Below are positions 20,330 to 30,535 of a stretch of DNA of 64,000 nt, in pieces; positions within the stretch are counted from its first letter, which is position 1, and the number at the start of each line of letters is the position of its first letter. Source of the stretch: Verrucomicrobiota bacterium (GTDB lineage Bacteria; Verrucomicrobiota; Verrucomicrobiia; CAIQCK01); assembly GCA_016222825.1 (NCBI GenBank), contig JACRQF010000011.1, forward strand, positions 61,301-125,300, in the 5' to 3' direction. A program made the translations under genes and the position numbers. A model generated the notes under the pieces. That model did not search any database. It was not told the DNA's origin and saw nothing but the letters and a program-made list of their open reading frames with translations.

Positions 20330-21714
20330 GCCGCGTCGAGTGACCAGCCGTTGTGATAAGCCTCGCTCACGAGAGCGTTGGCGGCATCGTCGTTGGTGAA
20401 CTTCATCGCAGCGGCGTCCCAGGCGAGCGGCTTGCCGGCGCGGATGGCGATGTTACCGAGTTGCACGGCTTCCGTGAGCGGGCCGGCCCAGTTGAAGTCG
20501 CAGCCGGCTGGTTCGCCACCTTTGCAGGCTTCGAACCACTCCACCCACGTCCCGCCGCGCCGCGGAAGCGTCTTCGGCACGCTTTCGAACTTCGGCGCGG
20601 GCGAGGCCGGCAGCACGGTTGCTCCGAGCATCTTGCCTTCGTCGCCGATGTAGAGCGCGCCGCCGTCGGGCGGCTTGCCCTCGAACTCCGCGAGCGCGGG
20701 CGGCTTCAAACCACCGTCATACCAGATCACGCGCACTGGCGGCAGACTGCCGCGCGCGGGGAAATCATACGTCACCACCGCGGCCAGCGGCGCGGTTTCG
20801 GTGAAGACCTTTGTCGAACTGGCCTGCACGCGCGTCGGGTGCGTGAGCTTCAGCGCGCGGAAGGGCGTGTTCAAGTAGTGGCAGCCCATGTCGCCGAGCG
20901 CGCCGGTGCCAAAGTCCCACCAGCCGCGGAAGTTCCACGGATGATAGACGCCCTTGCTGTGCGGGCCGTTTTTGCCGGCGGCTTTCACTTGTTCCAGCGC
21001 GTAGCTGCCTTCGGGCCACTTGTCCTTGAACGGCCGCTGCGGTGCGGGGCCGAGCCAGAGTTTCCAATCGAACGTCGCCGGCACCGGGTCTTCGCCGGGC
21101 GGGCGGGTCATGCCTTGCGGCCAGAGCGGGCGGTTGGACCAGACGTGGACCTCGCGCACCGCGCCGATCGCGCCGGCGGCGATCAACTCGCACGTGCGGC
21201 AGGCGGTATCGCTGGTGTTGGCCTGCGCGGTCACCTGCGTGGCGACACCGGCCTTGCGCGCCGTCTCCACGACCACGCGGCTCTCGTGGATGGTGCGGGT
21301 CAGCGGTTTCACGCAACAGACGTGCTTCTTCCGGCGGAGCGCCGCGAGCGTGATGATGGCGTGCGTATGGTCCGGCGTGCCGCAATAGACGGCGTCCACC
21401 TTGTCATCCTCGGCGCGGAGCATCTCGCGGAAGTCGCGGTAACGGCGCGCCTGCGGCCACTTCTCGAAAGCCTTCTTCGCATACACGTCGTCCACGTCGC
21501 AGAGAGCCGCGATGCTGAAGCCGGCCTTCTCGCAGTCCCGAAGCTGGGGGAAACCGACGCCGCCGATGCCGACGCCCGCGAGATTGAGCCGGCTGTTCGC
21601 GCCGAAGACGCGCGCGGGGACGATGTGCGCGGTGAGGCACGCCGCGCCGGCCGCGCGCAGGAACCGCCGGCGTGAGAGGAAACGAGGTTGGGGAGGGGAG
21701 ATATGGTCTTTCAT
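20326..21714 (-). CDS. Tat-exported Gfo/Idh/MocA oxidoreductase
   Basis: SRRRFLR Tat motif, GVGIGGVG, TPDHTH, CVKPL and GALGDMGCH. Confidence 0.93.
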   Translation of the reverse strand: MKDHISPPQPRFLSRRRFLRAAGAACLTAHIVPARVFGANSRLNLAGVGIGGVGFPQLRDCEKAGFSIAALCDVDDVYAKKAFEKWPQARRYRDFREMLRAEDDKVDAVYCGTPDHTHAIITLAALRRKKHVCCVKPLTRTIHESRVVVETARKAGVATQVTAQANTSDTACRTCELIAAGAIGAVREVHVWSNRPLWPQGMTRPPGEDPVPATFDWKLWLGPAPQRPFKDKWPEGSYALEQVKAAGKNGPHSKGVYHPWNFRGWWDFGTGALGDMGCHYLNTPFRALKLTHPTRVQASSTKVFTETAPLAAVVTYDFPARGSLPPVRVIWYDGGLKPPALAEFEGKPPDGGALYIGDEGKMLGATVLPASPAPKFESVPKTLPRRGGTWVEWFEACKGGEPAGCDFNWAGPLTEAVQLGNIAIRAGKPLAWDAAAMKFTNDDAANALVSEAYHNGWSLDAA

Positions 21715-21836
21715 GCTGAGTTAGTTTCGATGCCGTGGGCATTATTTCGCCGAAGCGGCGGTAAATTCCAGAGCAAAGACGCTCCGACTATGGTAGGATG
21801 CGCGCAGTCGTGAGCGGCTCACAAGGCAAGGAGACC

Positions 21837-22742
21837 ATGATGACAACGAAACTTCTGTTGGCAGTGTTGGGCACGGGACTGGTTGCGGCGTCGCCGCTCT
21901 TCGGCGCGGAGAGCGTCATCGCCCCCGGCGCGAAGGTGATGAAACTCGCGGGCTACTTCAAGTTCACCGAGGGGCCGACCTGCGACGCCACGGGAAACGT
22001 CTTCTTCACCGACCAGCCCAACAACCGCATCATGAAGTGGAGCGTGGACGGCAAACTCTCGCCGTTCATGCAGCCCGCCGGACGCGCGAACGGCATGTGC
22101 TTCGACGCCCAAGGCCGCCTCATCGCCTGTGCCGACGAGAAGAACGAACTCTGGTCCATCGCACCGAGCGGCGCTGTGACCGTGCTTGCGGCGGGCTACC
22201 AGAGCAAATCGCTCAACGGCCCCAACGACGTGTGGGTGCATCCCGGCGGGGGCATGTATTTCACCGACCCGTTCTACAAACGGCCGTGGTGGAGTCACGA
22301 CACGATGCCGCAGGATGGGCAGCAGGTTTACTTCCTTGCGCCGGACCGCCAGAAACTCCGCCGCGTCACCACCGACCTCGTCCAGCCCAACGGCATCATC
22401 GGCACCCCCGACGGCAAGACCCTCTACGTCGCCGACATCCGCGACAAGAAGACCTACCGCTTCGACATCCAGCCCGACGGCTCGCTGGCGAACAAAACCC
22501 TCATCTTCGCTACCGGCTCCGACGGCATGACCCTCGATGAGGAAGGCAACATCTACATCACCGGCAAAGGTGTTACCGTCTTCGACCGCGCGGGCCGGCA
22601 GATCGAGCAGATTGACGTGCCGGAGAAATGGACCGCCAACGTCTGCTTCGGCGGCAAGGACAAACGCACGCTCTTTATCACCGCGAGCAAGGGACTGTAT
22701 GCGATACGGATGCGGGTGAAAGGGGCGAATCAAGCGAAGTAG
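21837..22742 (+). CDS. SMP-30/gluconolactonase family protein (secreted)
   Basis: FTEGP, LNGPND, QPNGI, SDGMTLD and TANVCFGG motifs. AAGGAG RBS. Confidence 0.93.
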   Translation: MMTTKLLLAVLGTGLVAASPLFGAESVIAPGAKVMKLAGYFKFTEGPTCDATGNVFFTDQPNNRIMKWSVDGKLSPFMQPAGRANGMCFDAQGRLIACADEKNELWSIAPSGAVTVLAAGYQSKSLNGPNDVWVHPGGGMYFTDPFYKRPWWSHDTMPQDGQQVYFLAPDRQKLRRVTTDLVQPNGIIGTPDGKTLYVADIRDKKTYRFDIQPDGSLANKTLIFATGSDGMTLDEEGNIYITGKGVTVFDRAGRQIEQIDVPEKWTANVCFGGKDKRTLFITASKGLYAIRMRVKGANQAK

Positions 22743-22750
22743 AACGCGGA

Positions 22751-22802
22751 GGGCAAAACCATCGTGGGCAAAATCATGATTTTGCCTGCCATGATTTTGC
22801 CC
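22751..22802. repeat. Palindromic GGGCAAAA(T/C)CAT...ATGATTTTGCCC element between convergent genes (REP-like or bidirectional terminator)
   Basis: Two direct units followed by two inverted units. Confidence 0.6.
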
Positions 22803-22813
22803 TCATCCGCTGC

Positions 22814-23233
22814 CTATACCACGTCGGCGTCATACAACATCACGCTCTCCTGCTCGTTCGGGTCGTTGCGCGCCACGACGGCATGCACCGGCTCCGTCAT
22901 GCTCATGTTCACCGGTTGATGCGGGACATCGGGTGGGATGAAGATGAAATCGCCCGCTTGGTGGATGGTGAACTTGCGCAGTCCCGGCCCATAACGGGTC
23001 TTTACCCGCCCGCGCAGGATGTAGATGGCGGTCTCGTAGCCACGGTGCGTATGTGGAGTGGCCGCGCCGCCGGGCGGGATGACCACCAAGTTCATGGACA
23101 AATGCCGCGAGCCGGACGTCGCGCCGGAGATGCCCACGAAGTTGGGCAACTGTTGCTTGGTCATCGTGGTGGTCTCAGGGCGGATGGTGACGATCTCTGT
23201 GGAGGGAAAAGGGATGACAACTTCTGTTTTCAC
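22814..23233 (-). CDS. Cupin domain protein
   Basis: PHTH..YETAIY and GDFIFIPPDVPHQP cupin motifs. Start uncertain (GTG 23233 or ATG 23164). Confidence 0.85.
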   Translation of the reverse strand: MKTEVVIPFPSTEIVTIRPETTTMTKQQLPNFVGISGATSGSRHLSMNLVVIPPGGAATPHTHRGYETAIYILRGRVKTRYGPGLRKFTIHQAGDFIFIPPDVPHQPVNMSMTEPVHAVVARNDPNEQESVMLYDADVV

Positions 23234-23348
23234 AATCAAATGTCGAACTGCCACCGGGGTGTGTCAACCGCCCCGAGCAGGATCGTAGCCAGCCATTCCG
23301 TGGCGGGACATGTGATCTCAATCTCGCGACGGAGTCGCGGGCTACGGT

Positions 23349-25136
23349 TCATTTTCCGATCTGCATCACGCCCCATGCCATCAGAACCATCGCGCCCACT
23401 GTTAGCCACGCCAGGCCGAAGCCGAGGAGGTCTTCGCGGTAACGGCTTGGGAAGCCGCGCCAGCGCGCGGCGGTGAACCACGAGCCGACATCGAACAGGA
23501 GCAGTTCCTCGCCACGGTCGGCGGCGAGCGGCTTGGGCTGGCCGGTCGGCACGGTTTCCAGGTCGGTGGAGCGGCGCATCCGGTCGAAGAACGCGTCCAT
23601 GCGGGCGGGATCCTCGGGTCGGGTGAGGAGGCTGACGATGATGAGGGTGGAGAAGCTCAGGAGCATGGCGCAGCCGAAGGGGCCGGGCATCCATTTATAG
23701 ACGAGCATCCACTGGCCCGTTTGGAGGTGGGCGCGGAGGTTGTCGCTGGAGGCGAGGGCGGCGAAGGCGGTGGAGAGGTCGGCGGGTTTGGCGGCGGTGC
23801 CCGGCGCGCAGGTGGTGAGGTAGAGGGCGCCGTAGTAGGTGGCGAAGGCGACGAGGGTGGCCGCCGCGGCTCCGGCGCGGTTGGCGCGACGCCAGAGGAT
23901 GCCGCCGAGGAACATGACGCCGAAGAGGGCGGCGACGGTTTCGGTGAACAGGAAGGCGTGGAGGACGTTGCCGACGGTGAGGGCGAAGAGGATGGCGGAA
24001 CTGGTCAGGAGCAGTCCGCTGAGGCGGCCGACGCGGAGCAACTGGCGGTCGTTGGCGGAGGGGTTGATGTAGGTGAGCCAGACGTTGCGGGTGAAGGTGG
24101 CGCCGCTGTTGACCATGAGGTTGGAGCAGGCGGACATGTTGGCGGCGAGGACGCAGGCCACCATGAGTCCGACGAGGCCGGGGCCGAGGAGTTCGCGGCA
24201 GGCGTAACCGAAGGCGTGCTCCGCGTCGGGCAGGTGAGCGCCGTGTTTGAGCACGAGGGCGGCGGCGATGAGGCCGGTGAGCGCCCAGCCGATGGTGCAG
24301 AAGCGCTTGGTCATCGCGCCGTAGGTGTGGCCGACGCGGCCGGCCCGCTCGGTGGAGCCGGTGGCGCACAGGGAGAGGACGTGGGGTTGCGCGGTGATGC
24401 CGACGAAGCCGTTGAGGGCGAGCATGAGGATGGTGAAGACGCTCATGCCGCTCGCGCTGCTGTAGAGGTCGAAGAAATGTTCCGGCAGCGCCTTGTGGAG
24501 TCCGCTGAAGCCGCCCACTTCGAGCAGGCCGAGCGGGATGAGCATGAAGGAGAGGGTGATGATGAGGAAGCTCTGGACAAAGTCCGTGTAGGCCGAGGCG
24601 ATCAAGCCGCCGAAGAAGCTGTAGAGGATGACCGCCGCGGTCATGGCGATAACGACGCCGTTGGCGGAGATCATCTCGCCGCCGGTGGCCACGGAGATGA
24701 CCTTGCCGGCGCCCTTGAGCATCACGCCCTGGCTGCACACGAAGAACGCGATGGCAAAGAGGGTGTAGGCGAACGCGAGCTTGCGGCCGTAGCGGTCCTC
24801 GATGATCTCTGCGACGGTGGTGCGCTCGCTGCGGCGATACCACGGGGCCATCAACCAGTAGAGCGGGGTGATGAGCATGTTCTTCCACTGGAACCAAATC
24901 GTCGCGAAGCCCAGCCCGAACGTCGCGCCGGCTTGCGCCACCGGCTGTTCCGCGTGCGTGCCGGTGCCGAACGCCTGGCCGATCATGATCCACCACGGCA
25001 GTTTGCGCTCGCCGAGGAAGTAGCCGCTGCTGCTGCGGGTCTTGCGGGATATCCAGAGGCCGAAGACGGTGATTCCGACGAAGTAGGCGATGAGCACCGC
25101 CCAGTCCAACGTCCCGAAGCTCGTGACAGCCAGCAT
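23349..25136 (-). CDS. Sodium:solute symporter family transporter
   Basis: YFLGERKLPWW, GGLIASAYTDFVQ and LAANMS motifs, many TM helices. Confidence 0.93.
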   Translation of the reverse strand: MLAVTSFGTLDWAVLIAYFVGITVFGLWISRKTRSSSGYFLGERKLPWWIMIGQAFGTGTHAEQPVAQAGATFGLGFATIWFQWKNMLITPLYWLMAPWYRRSERTTVAEIIEDRYGRKLAFAYTLFAIAFFVCSQGVMLKGAGKVISVATGGEMISANGVVIAMTAAVILYSFFGGLIASAYTDFVQSFLIITLSFMLIPLGLLEVGGFSGLHKALPEHFFDLYSSASGMSVFTILMLALNGFVGITAQPHVLSLCATGSTERAGRVGHTYGAMTKRFCTIGWALTGLIAAALVLKHGAHLPDAEHAFGYACRELLGPGLVGLMVACVLAANMSACSNLMVNSGATFTRNVWLTYINPSANDRQLLRVGRLSGLLLTSSAILFALTVGNVLHAFLFTETVAALFGVMFLGGILWRRANRAGAAAATLVAFATYYGALYLTTCAPGTAAKPADLSTAFAALASSDNLRAHLQTGQWMLVYKWMPGPFGCAMLLSFSTLIIVSLLTRPEDPARMDAFFDRMRRSTDLETVPTGQPKPLAADRGEELLLFDVGSWFTAARWRGFPSRYREDLLGFGLAWLTVGAMVLMAWGVMQIGK

Positions 25137-25248
25137 AGCGCGTTCTCCTTAGATTGCGCCGCCAGCATACACAGTTCCGCCGCCGAGGCAAGGATGCCGG
25201 CGCGACGGATCCCGCTGAGCGCCGTTTCGGGTCGCACCCCGCGCGCGG

Positions 25249-25725
25249 CTACTTGAGCCGCTTGACGAACACCTCTTCCTTGTCGCCTTCCACCTTCATC
25301 TTCCAGCCGCCGGCAACGCGGTAGATGACCACTTTCGGGTGAAAGGCGTAGTAGTGGTGATTGTCCCGCGAGGTCTGCTGCCAGACCTGGCCGTTGTCCA
25401 TCTCCCACGTGGTCCCGCCCTGCCATCCTTCAAAGTCGCCCACGATGCGCGTCTCCACCGCCATGTCCGCGTTGCCGAACACCCGGCTGGAGAAATCAAG
25501 CGCCGACTTGGTGAGCTGCGCCGTGTATCGGTGCAGCCACTCGTCCAGCGCCGCGATCTCGCCGTCCGTCAACCGGTCAAGGCCGGTCCGGTCGAGGTCT
25601 TTCGCGGACATCAACTCACGGATGCTCGGCATGCCCGTGGGCGTCTGGACCGCCACCTGTGAAAAGGCGGCCGCCTGCACCAGGGCAGCAACCGCCAACA
25701 AGAGAAACTTCTGATGAGTCTTCAT
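25249..25725 (-). CDS. Secreted hypothetical protein
   Basis: Signal peptide MKTHQKFLLLAVAALVQAAAFS and a compact domain GDFEGWQGGT..EMDNGQVWQQ. Confidence 0.75.
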   Translation of the reverse strand: MKTHQKFLLLAVAALVQAAAFSQVAVQTPTGMPSIRELMSAKDLDRTGLDRLTDGEIAALDEWLHRYTAQLTKSALDFSSRVFGNADMAVETRIVGDFEGWQGGTTWEMDNGQVWQQTSRDNHHYYAFHPKVVIYRVAGGWKMKVEGDKEEVFVKRLK

Positions 25726-25916
25726 GAACGTAAAAGAAAGTGGCACGGCCTCTCCCATCGCTGCGTTCCCTCCCGGCCGTGCCTGACTGCTTCATGGTGA
25801 AATATCGGCCCGCGTTGCCGGTTGTCCAGAGTCCAAAGCGCGTGGCGAAAAACTTCGCATTTGCGTCGGTGGGAGATTCGCGTAATTTCCGCCGAGCGCA
25901 AACAAACCGAGGAACC

Positions 25917-26384
25917 ATGCCAATCGAATCGAAAACCGCCGAAGCCCTGCGCGGACCCAAAGTGCGCCACTTCTCCGTCTTCCTGCCCAACCGCGTCGGC
26001 ATGTTGATGGAGCTGACCAAGGCGCTCGGCGACGCCAACGTCCACATCTGCGGACTCGACGTCATCAACACCGCCGACTCCGCCATCCTGCGCATGGTGG
26101 TGGACGACCCCGGCCGTTGCCGCGACGTGCTGGCGCGCAAAGGCTTCGCCTCCGCCGAGAGCGAGGCCATCGCCGTCGAGCTCCCGCAGGGGCCGGAGAA
26201 ACTCGCCGCCGTCCTCGGCATCCTCCTCACCGCCGAGATCAACATCGAGTTCACCTACTCCCTCATGGTCCGCCCGCGCGACAAAGCCGTCCTCCTGCTG
26301 CACGTGGATGACGAGGAGTTCGCCTGCGACGTGTTGGCCAAGGCCGGCGTCGCCGTCCTCGGCCAGGCCGACATCTCGCGATGA
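25917..26384 (+). CDS. Tandem ACT-domain protein
   Basis: FSVFLPNRVGML...LGDANVHI and LAAVLGILLTAEINIEFTY ACT repeats. GAGGA RBS. Confidence 0.88.
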   Translation: MPIESKTAEALRGPKVRHFSVFLPNRVGMLMELTKALGDANVHICGLDVINTADSAILRMVVDDPGRCRDVLARKGFASAESEAIAVELPQGPEKLAAVLGILLTAEINIEFTYSLMVRPRDKAVLLLHVDDEEFACDVLAKAGVAVLGQADISR

Positions 26385-26456
26385 GCATCTTCGTAGCGGG
26401 AGATTCGTCGGTGCATCCTCATACCTTGCGCATTGCGTTTTACGTCTTACCCCGCC

Positions 26457-26575
26457 TATTTCACACGCTGCACGAAACGCCGATAGGCTGTAGCCGCCGA
26501 CGTAAGGAGGCGGACGCGTTGCCAGCCACAGCCTTTCCGCCTCCTTACGTCGGCGGCTACGAAACGTGTGAAATA
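26457..26575. repeat. 119-bp REPIN/MITE-like element, copy 1 (GTAGCCGCCGACGTAAGGAGGCGG inverted pair inside TATTTCACACG terminal IRs)
   Basis: Perfect 24-bp inner inverted repeat and outer IR. A close copy lies at 41293-41411. Confidence 0.85.
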
Positions 26576-26634
26576 TCCGGGTTGCGTCCCCCGTCCTTGA
26601 CTTGAAGCTGCGGTTTGGCAAGCTGACGCTACCG

Positions 26635-27855
26635 ATGAAGCGCGTTTTCCAAATAGCGATGCTGTGGCTGCTGGCCGCAACCGCCACGCCGCTCTGCCGG
26701 CTCGCAGCGCAGGAGGCCGACGAGGCTGCGGCGGCGAAGGCGGCGTCGGATCGGGCGTGGCTGGAGCGCGAGGTGGAGCAGGGGAGGGGACTGAAGTTTT
26801 TGCAGCCGGTGCAGTATCGCTCGATGAAGAGCGCGGAGTTCCGGGACTTCCTGAAGAAGAAGATTCGCGGCGAATACACGCCGCAGGAGGTGCGCGACTA
26901 CTCGCGGGCGCTGGGGATGATCGGGCTGGTGCCGGAGGGGGTGGACTTTGAGGCGAAGGTGATGGAGGTGATGGACGAGCAGGTGGCGGCGTTCTATGAC
27001 CAGGACGCGGGGCTGCTCTACACGTTCGCGGACTCGCCGCTGCAAGGGAACCTGAACCTGATGATCCTGGCGCATGAACTGACGCACGTGTTGCAGGACC
27101 AGCATTTTCACCTGAAGCAATGGCCGTTGAAGCGCAAGGACAACGACGACCTCGTGACAGCGCACATGGCGGTGCTGGAGGGCGACGCGACGATGGTGAT
27201 GGAGAAGGTGTATAAGCGGGTGTCGAAGTTGCGGACGACGCTGACCGATCTCGGCAACGCGCTGGCGCAGGACACGGGGAAGCTCCAGCGCGCGCCGCGC
27301 TACTTCCGCGACATGCTTCTGTTTCCGTATCAGGAGGGGAGGGCGTTCGTCGAGGAACTGGAGCGGATGGGCGGGCCGGAACTGGTGAACAGCGCGTTCC
27401 GCAAGCCGCCGGTGACGACGGCGCAGGTGTTGCACCCGAAGAAGTTTCATCCGAAGCGCGAGCCGCCCGCGCCGTGCGCGCCCGACACGACGGCGGAGCC
27501 GGGCTGGCGGCGGTTGTCCGCGAACACGGTGGGCGAGTTTGGCGTGATTGTGTTGCTGCGGCAGTTTGACCACGAGTCGGACGCGGCGGCGGTGGCGGCC
27601 GGCTGGCGCGGGGACGGTTATGCGGCGTTCGAGACGGGCGGCGGCAACGGTTTGCTGCGCTGGCGCAGCGAGTGGACATCGGCCGCCGCGGCAAAGCGAT
27701 TTGCGAACGCCTACCGGGATGTGGTAACGAAGAGGAACGCGCATCGGCAGCCGGCGTTGGCGCTGGAGCTGAAGGAGAGCGGTTCGCGCGTGGACGTGAC
27801 GCTGCGGGCGCCGGCGACCGCCGGTGATCCATCGGGCGGCGTCGGCACGAAATAA
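26635..27855 (+). CDS. Secreted putative zinc metallopeptidase (HExxH)
   Basis: Signal peptide, AAFYD, ILAHELTHVLQDQHF, AVLEGDA and FPYQEG. Confidence 0.75.
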   Translation: MKRVFQIAMLWLLAATATPLCRLAAQEADEAAAAKAASDRAWLEREVEQGRGLKFLQPVQYRSMKSAEFRDFLKKKIRGEYTPQEVRDYSRALGMIGLVPEGVDFEAKVMEVMDEQVAAFYDQDAGLLYTFADSPLQGNLNLMILAHELTHVLQDQHFHLKQWPLKRKDNDDLVTAHMAVLEGDATMVMEKVYKRVSKLRTTLTDLGNALAQDTGKLQRAPRYFRDMLLFPYQEGRAFVEELERMGGPELVNSAFRKPPVTTAQVLHPKKFHPKREPPAPCAPDTTAEPGWRRLSANTVGEFGVIVLLRQFDHESDAAAVAAGWRGDGYAAFETGGGNGLLRWRSEWTSAAAAKRFANAYRDVVTKRNAHRQPALALELKESGSRVDVTLRAPATAGDPSGGVGTK

Positions 27856-29289
27856 ATGAGAATCATCATTGTCGGCAGTGAAATGACGCCGTTCGTCAAG
27901 ACCGGCGGTTTGGCGGACGTCATCGGCGCGTTGTCGCGCGAGTTGGCGGCGCTCGGCCACGAGGTGGTGACGTTCCTGCCGTTGTATCGCGTGTTGAAGG
28001 ACAAGGTCGCCGCCGCGCAATGCGTGTCGAACAACATCCGCGTGCCGCTCGGCGGCCGGAGCATGGTCGGCGCGATCTACGAACTGCAACTGGCGGAGCG
28101 TCAGCGCGTGGTGTTCGTGCGGCAGGACGAACTGTTTGACCGCGCGGGGCTTTACGGCGAGGCGGACCGCGACTACCCGGACAACGCCGCGCGCTACCTG
28201 TTTTTCTCGAAGGCCATCGTGGCGAGCATCCCGGCGCTGCGGTTCGTGCCGGACGTGCTGCACGCGCACGACTGGCAGGCGGCGTTCGTGCCGCTGTGGT
28301 GGTCGCGCACGCTCGCGCCGGCGTGGCGGCTGCGGACGGTGTTCACGATTCACAACCTCGCGTATCAGGGCGTGTTCCCGCGCGAGCAGTTTGAGTTGAC
28401 GAACTTGCCGGCGGATTATTTCGGCGTGAAGGGGCTGGAGTTTCACGGCGCGCTCAACCTGCTGAAGGCGGGGTTGCTCTACAGCGACGTGCTGACGACG
28501 GTGAGCCAGCATTACGCCGGGGAAATCCAGACCAAGGAATACGGCTGCGGCCTCGAAGGGTTGCTGAAGTCGCATCGCGCCAAGCTGCACGGCGTGCTCA
28601 ACGGCGCGGACTACGAGGCGTGGAACCCGCGCACCGACCGCCACATTATCGCGAACTACGACAGCCACAGTCTTGCCAACAAAGTCACCTGCAAGCGCGC
28701 TTTGCTGGAAACATTGAAGCTGCCCGTCGAGCGCGCGTGGGCGCCGGTGATCGGCATGGTGTCGCGCATCGTCGAGCAGAAGGGTTACGACCTCGTGGCG
28801 GAGGCGATTCCGCAGATCGTGACGATGGGCGCAACCCTCGCCATGCTCGGCCAGGGCGATGGGAAGCTGGAACGCAAATTACAGAAGCTCGCGGATCGCC
28901 ATGCCGGACGAATGAGCCTCAAGCTGTCCTTCGACGAAGCGCTGGCGCACCAGATCGAGGCGGGCGCGGACATGTTCCTGATGCCGTCGCGGTTCGAGCC
29001 GTGCGGGTTGAACCAGATGTATTCGCTGCGCTACGGCACCGTGCCGATCGTGCGCGCCACGGGCGGCCTGGCCGACACGGTGGAGCAATACAATCCCGGC
29101 ACGCAGACGGGCAACGGGTTTTCGTTTGAGGCCTGCACGACCGCGGCGATGCTGGCGGCGGTGGCGCGGGCGCTGGAAACCTACCGCCAGCGGCAGCATT
29201 GGGTCCGCGTCATCCAGAACGCGATGGCGTGCGATTTCTCTTGGCGCAAAAGTGCGCTACACTATCTGAATCTGTATCAAATGCATTAA
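27856..29289 (+). CDS. glgA: Glycogen synthase
   Basis: KTGGLADV, HAHDWQ, TIHNLAYQG and MPSRFEPCGLNQMY. Confidence 0.96.
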   Translation: MRIIIVGSEMTPFVKTGGLADVIGALSRELAALGHEVVTFLPLYRVLKDKVAAAQCVSNNIRVPLGGRSMVGAIYELQLAERQRVVFVRQDELFDRAGLYGEADRDYPDNAARYLFFSKAIVASIPALRFVPDVLHAHDWQAAFVPLWWSRTLAPAWRLRTVFTIHNLAYQGVFPREQFELTNLPADYFGVKGLEFHGALNLLKAGLLYSDVLTTVSQHYAGEIQTKEYGCGLEGLLKSHRAKLHGVLNGADYEAWNPRTDRHIIANYDSHSLANKVTCKRALLETLKLPVERAWAPVIGMVSRIVEQKGYDLVAEAIPQIVTMGATLAMLGQGDGKLERKLQKLADRHAGRMSLKLSFDEALAHQIEAGADMFLMPSRFEPCGLNQMYSLRYGTVPIVRATGGLADTVEQYNPGTQTGNGFSFEACTTAAMLAAVARALETYRQRQHWVRVIQNAMACDFSWRKSALHYLNLYQMH

Positions 29290-29301
29290 CGGAGAACAGC
29301 C

Positions 29302-30321
29302 ATGCCTGAGCTACGCCAAGACCTCATCACGGAACGCTGGGTGATCATTGCCACCGAGCGCGCGCGCCGGCCAACCGAGACCCCCTGTCCGCCTACAAAA
29401 GCCGACGAAGCAAACTGCCCGTTCTGCGCCGGCCGCGAGAAAAGCACGCCGCCGGAAATCTGGGTCGCGCGCGGCAGCGGCGGCGCGAACCAGCCCGGCT
29501 GGAAGGTGCGCGTCGTGCCGAACAAGTTCCCCGCGCTGCGCGTCGAGGGCATGCTCGACCGCGAAGGCGACGGCATCTACGACCGCATGAACGGCATCGG
29601 CGCTCACGAGGTCATCATCGAAACGCCGGACCACAAGATGGAGTTGGAAGACCAGTCCCTTGAGGGCATCGCCACCGTGCTGACGGCCTGCAAGGAGCGG
29701 ATGCTGGACCTGATGCGCGATGAACGGCTGCGCTACATCCTCGTGTTCAAGAACGTCGGCCGTCAGGCGGGCGCGTCGCTCAGCCATCCGCACAGCCAGC
29801 TTATCGCGACGCCGATCACGCCCTCGCGCGTGAAGCGGAAGCTTGAAGGCGCGCGCGAGTATTACCGCCGCAAGGAGCGCTGCGTCTTCCACGACATCCT
29901 CCGGCAGGAACAGCGCGACGGCCGGCGCGTGGTCTATGAAAACGGCGGCTTCCTTTCCTTCTGTCCCTACGCGTCGCGGTTTCCGTTCGAGTTGTGCATC
30001 CTCCCGAAGCGGCAGGCTGCCGACTACCAGACCATCAGCACGGAAGAGATTGCGCAACTGGCTGACTCGCTGAAGGTGACGCTCAAGAAGCTGACGCTCG
30101 CGTTGAACCACCCGCAATACAACCTCATCCTCCACACCGCGCCCGCGCGCCGCGCCCGGCGGCGCGACTACTGGGACACGCTCGACCAGGACTTCCGCTG
30201 GCACATCGAGATCCTCCCGCGCCTGTCGGAACCCGCCGGCTTCGAGTGGGGCACGGGTTTCTACATCAACCCGACGCCGCCGGAGGAAAGCGCGCAGTAT
30301 TTGCGCGAGCTGACGATCTGA
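29302..30321 (+). CDS. galT: GalT-family hexose-1-phosphate nucleotidyltransferase
   Basis: ELRQD, RARRP, CPFC, NKFPAL and GASLSHPHSQ (HxHxQ). Confidence 0.9.
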   Translation: MPELRQDLITERWVIIATERARRPTETPCPPTKADEANCPFCAGREKSTPPEIWVARGSGGANQPGWKVRVVPNKFPALRVEGMLDREGDGIYDRMNGIGAHEVIIETPDHKMELEDQSLEGIATVLTACKERMLDLMRDERLRYILVFKNVGRQAGASLSHPHSQLIATPITPSRVKRKLEGAREYYRRKERCVFHDILRQEQRDGRRVVYENGGFLSFCPYASRFPFELCILPKRQAADYQTISTEEIAQLADSLKVTLKKLTLALNHPQYNLILHTAPARRARRRDYWDTLDQDFRWHIEILPRLSEPAGFEWGTGFYINPTPPEESAQYLRELTI

Positions 30322-30535
30322 CCTTCGCGTTCAAGCGCGCGAAAGTGGCATGCGAACTCACCCGCTGCAGACGACGGCGATGATATCGCTGGGCTGGCCA
30401 TATTCCTTGTCGTGGCGGACGAACACGGCCATGTAGTCACGGCGTTCGGACTTGCCGGGCTGCGGCGTGGGATAATGCTTGCAGAAAGATCCTGAAAGGC
30501 ATAAGACAGTCGGCGCCGAGTAGAAAGCGCAAGGA

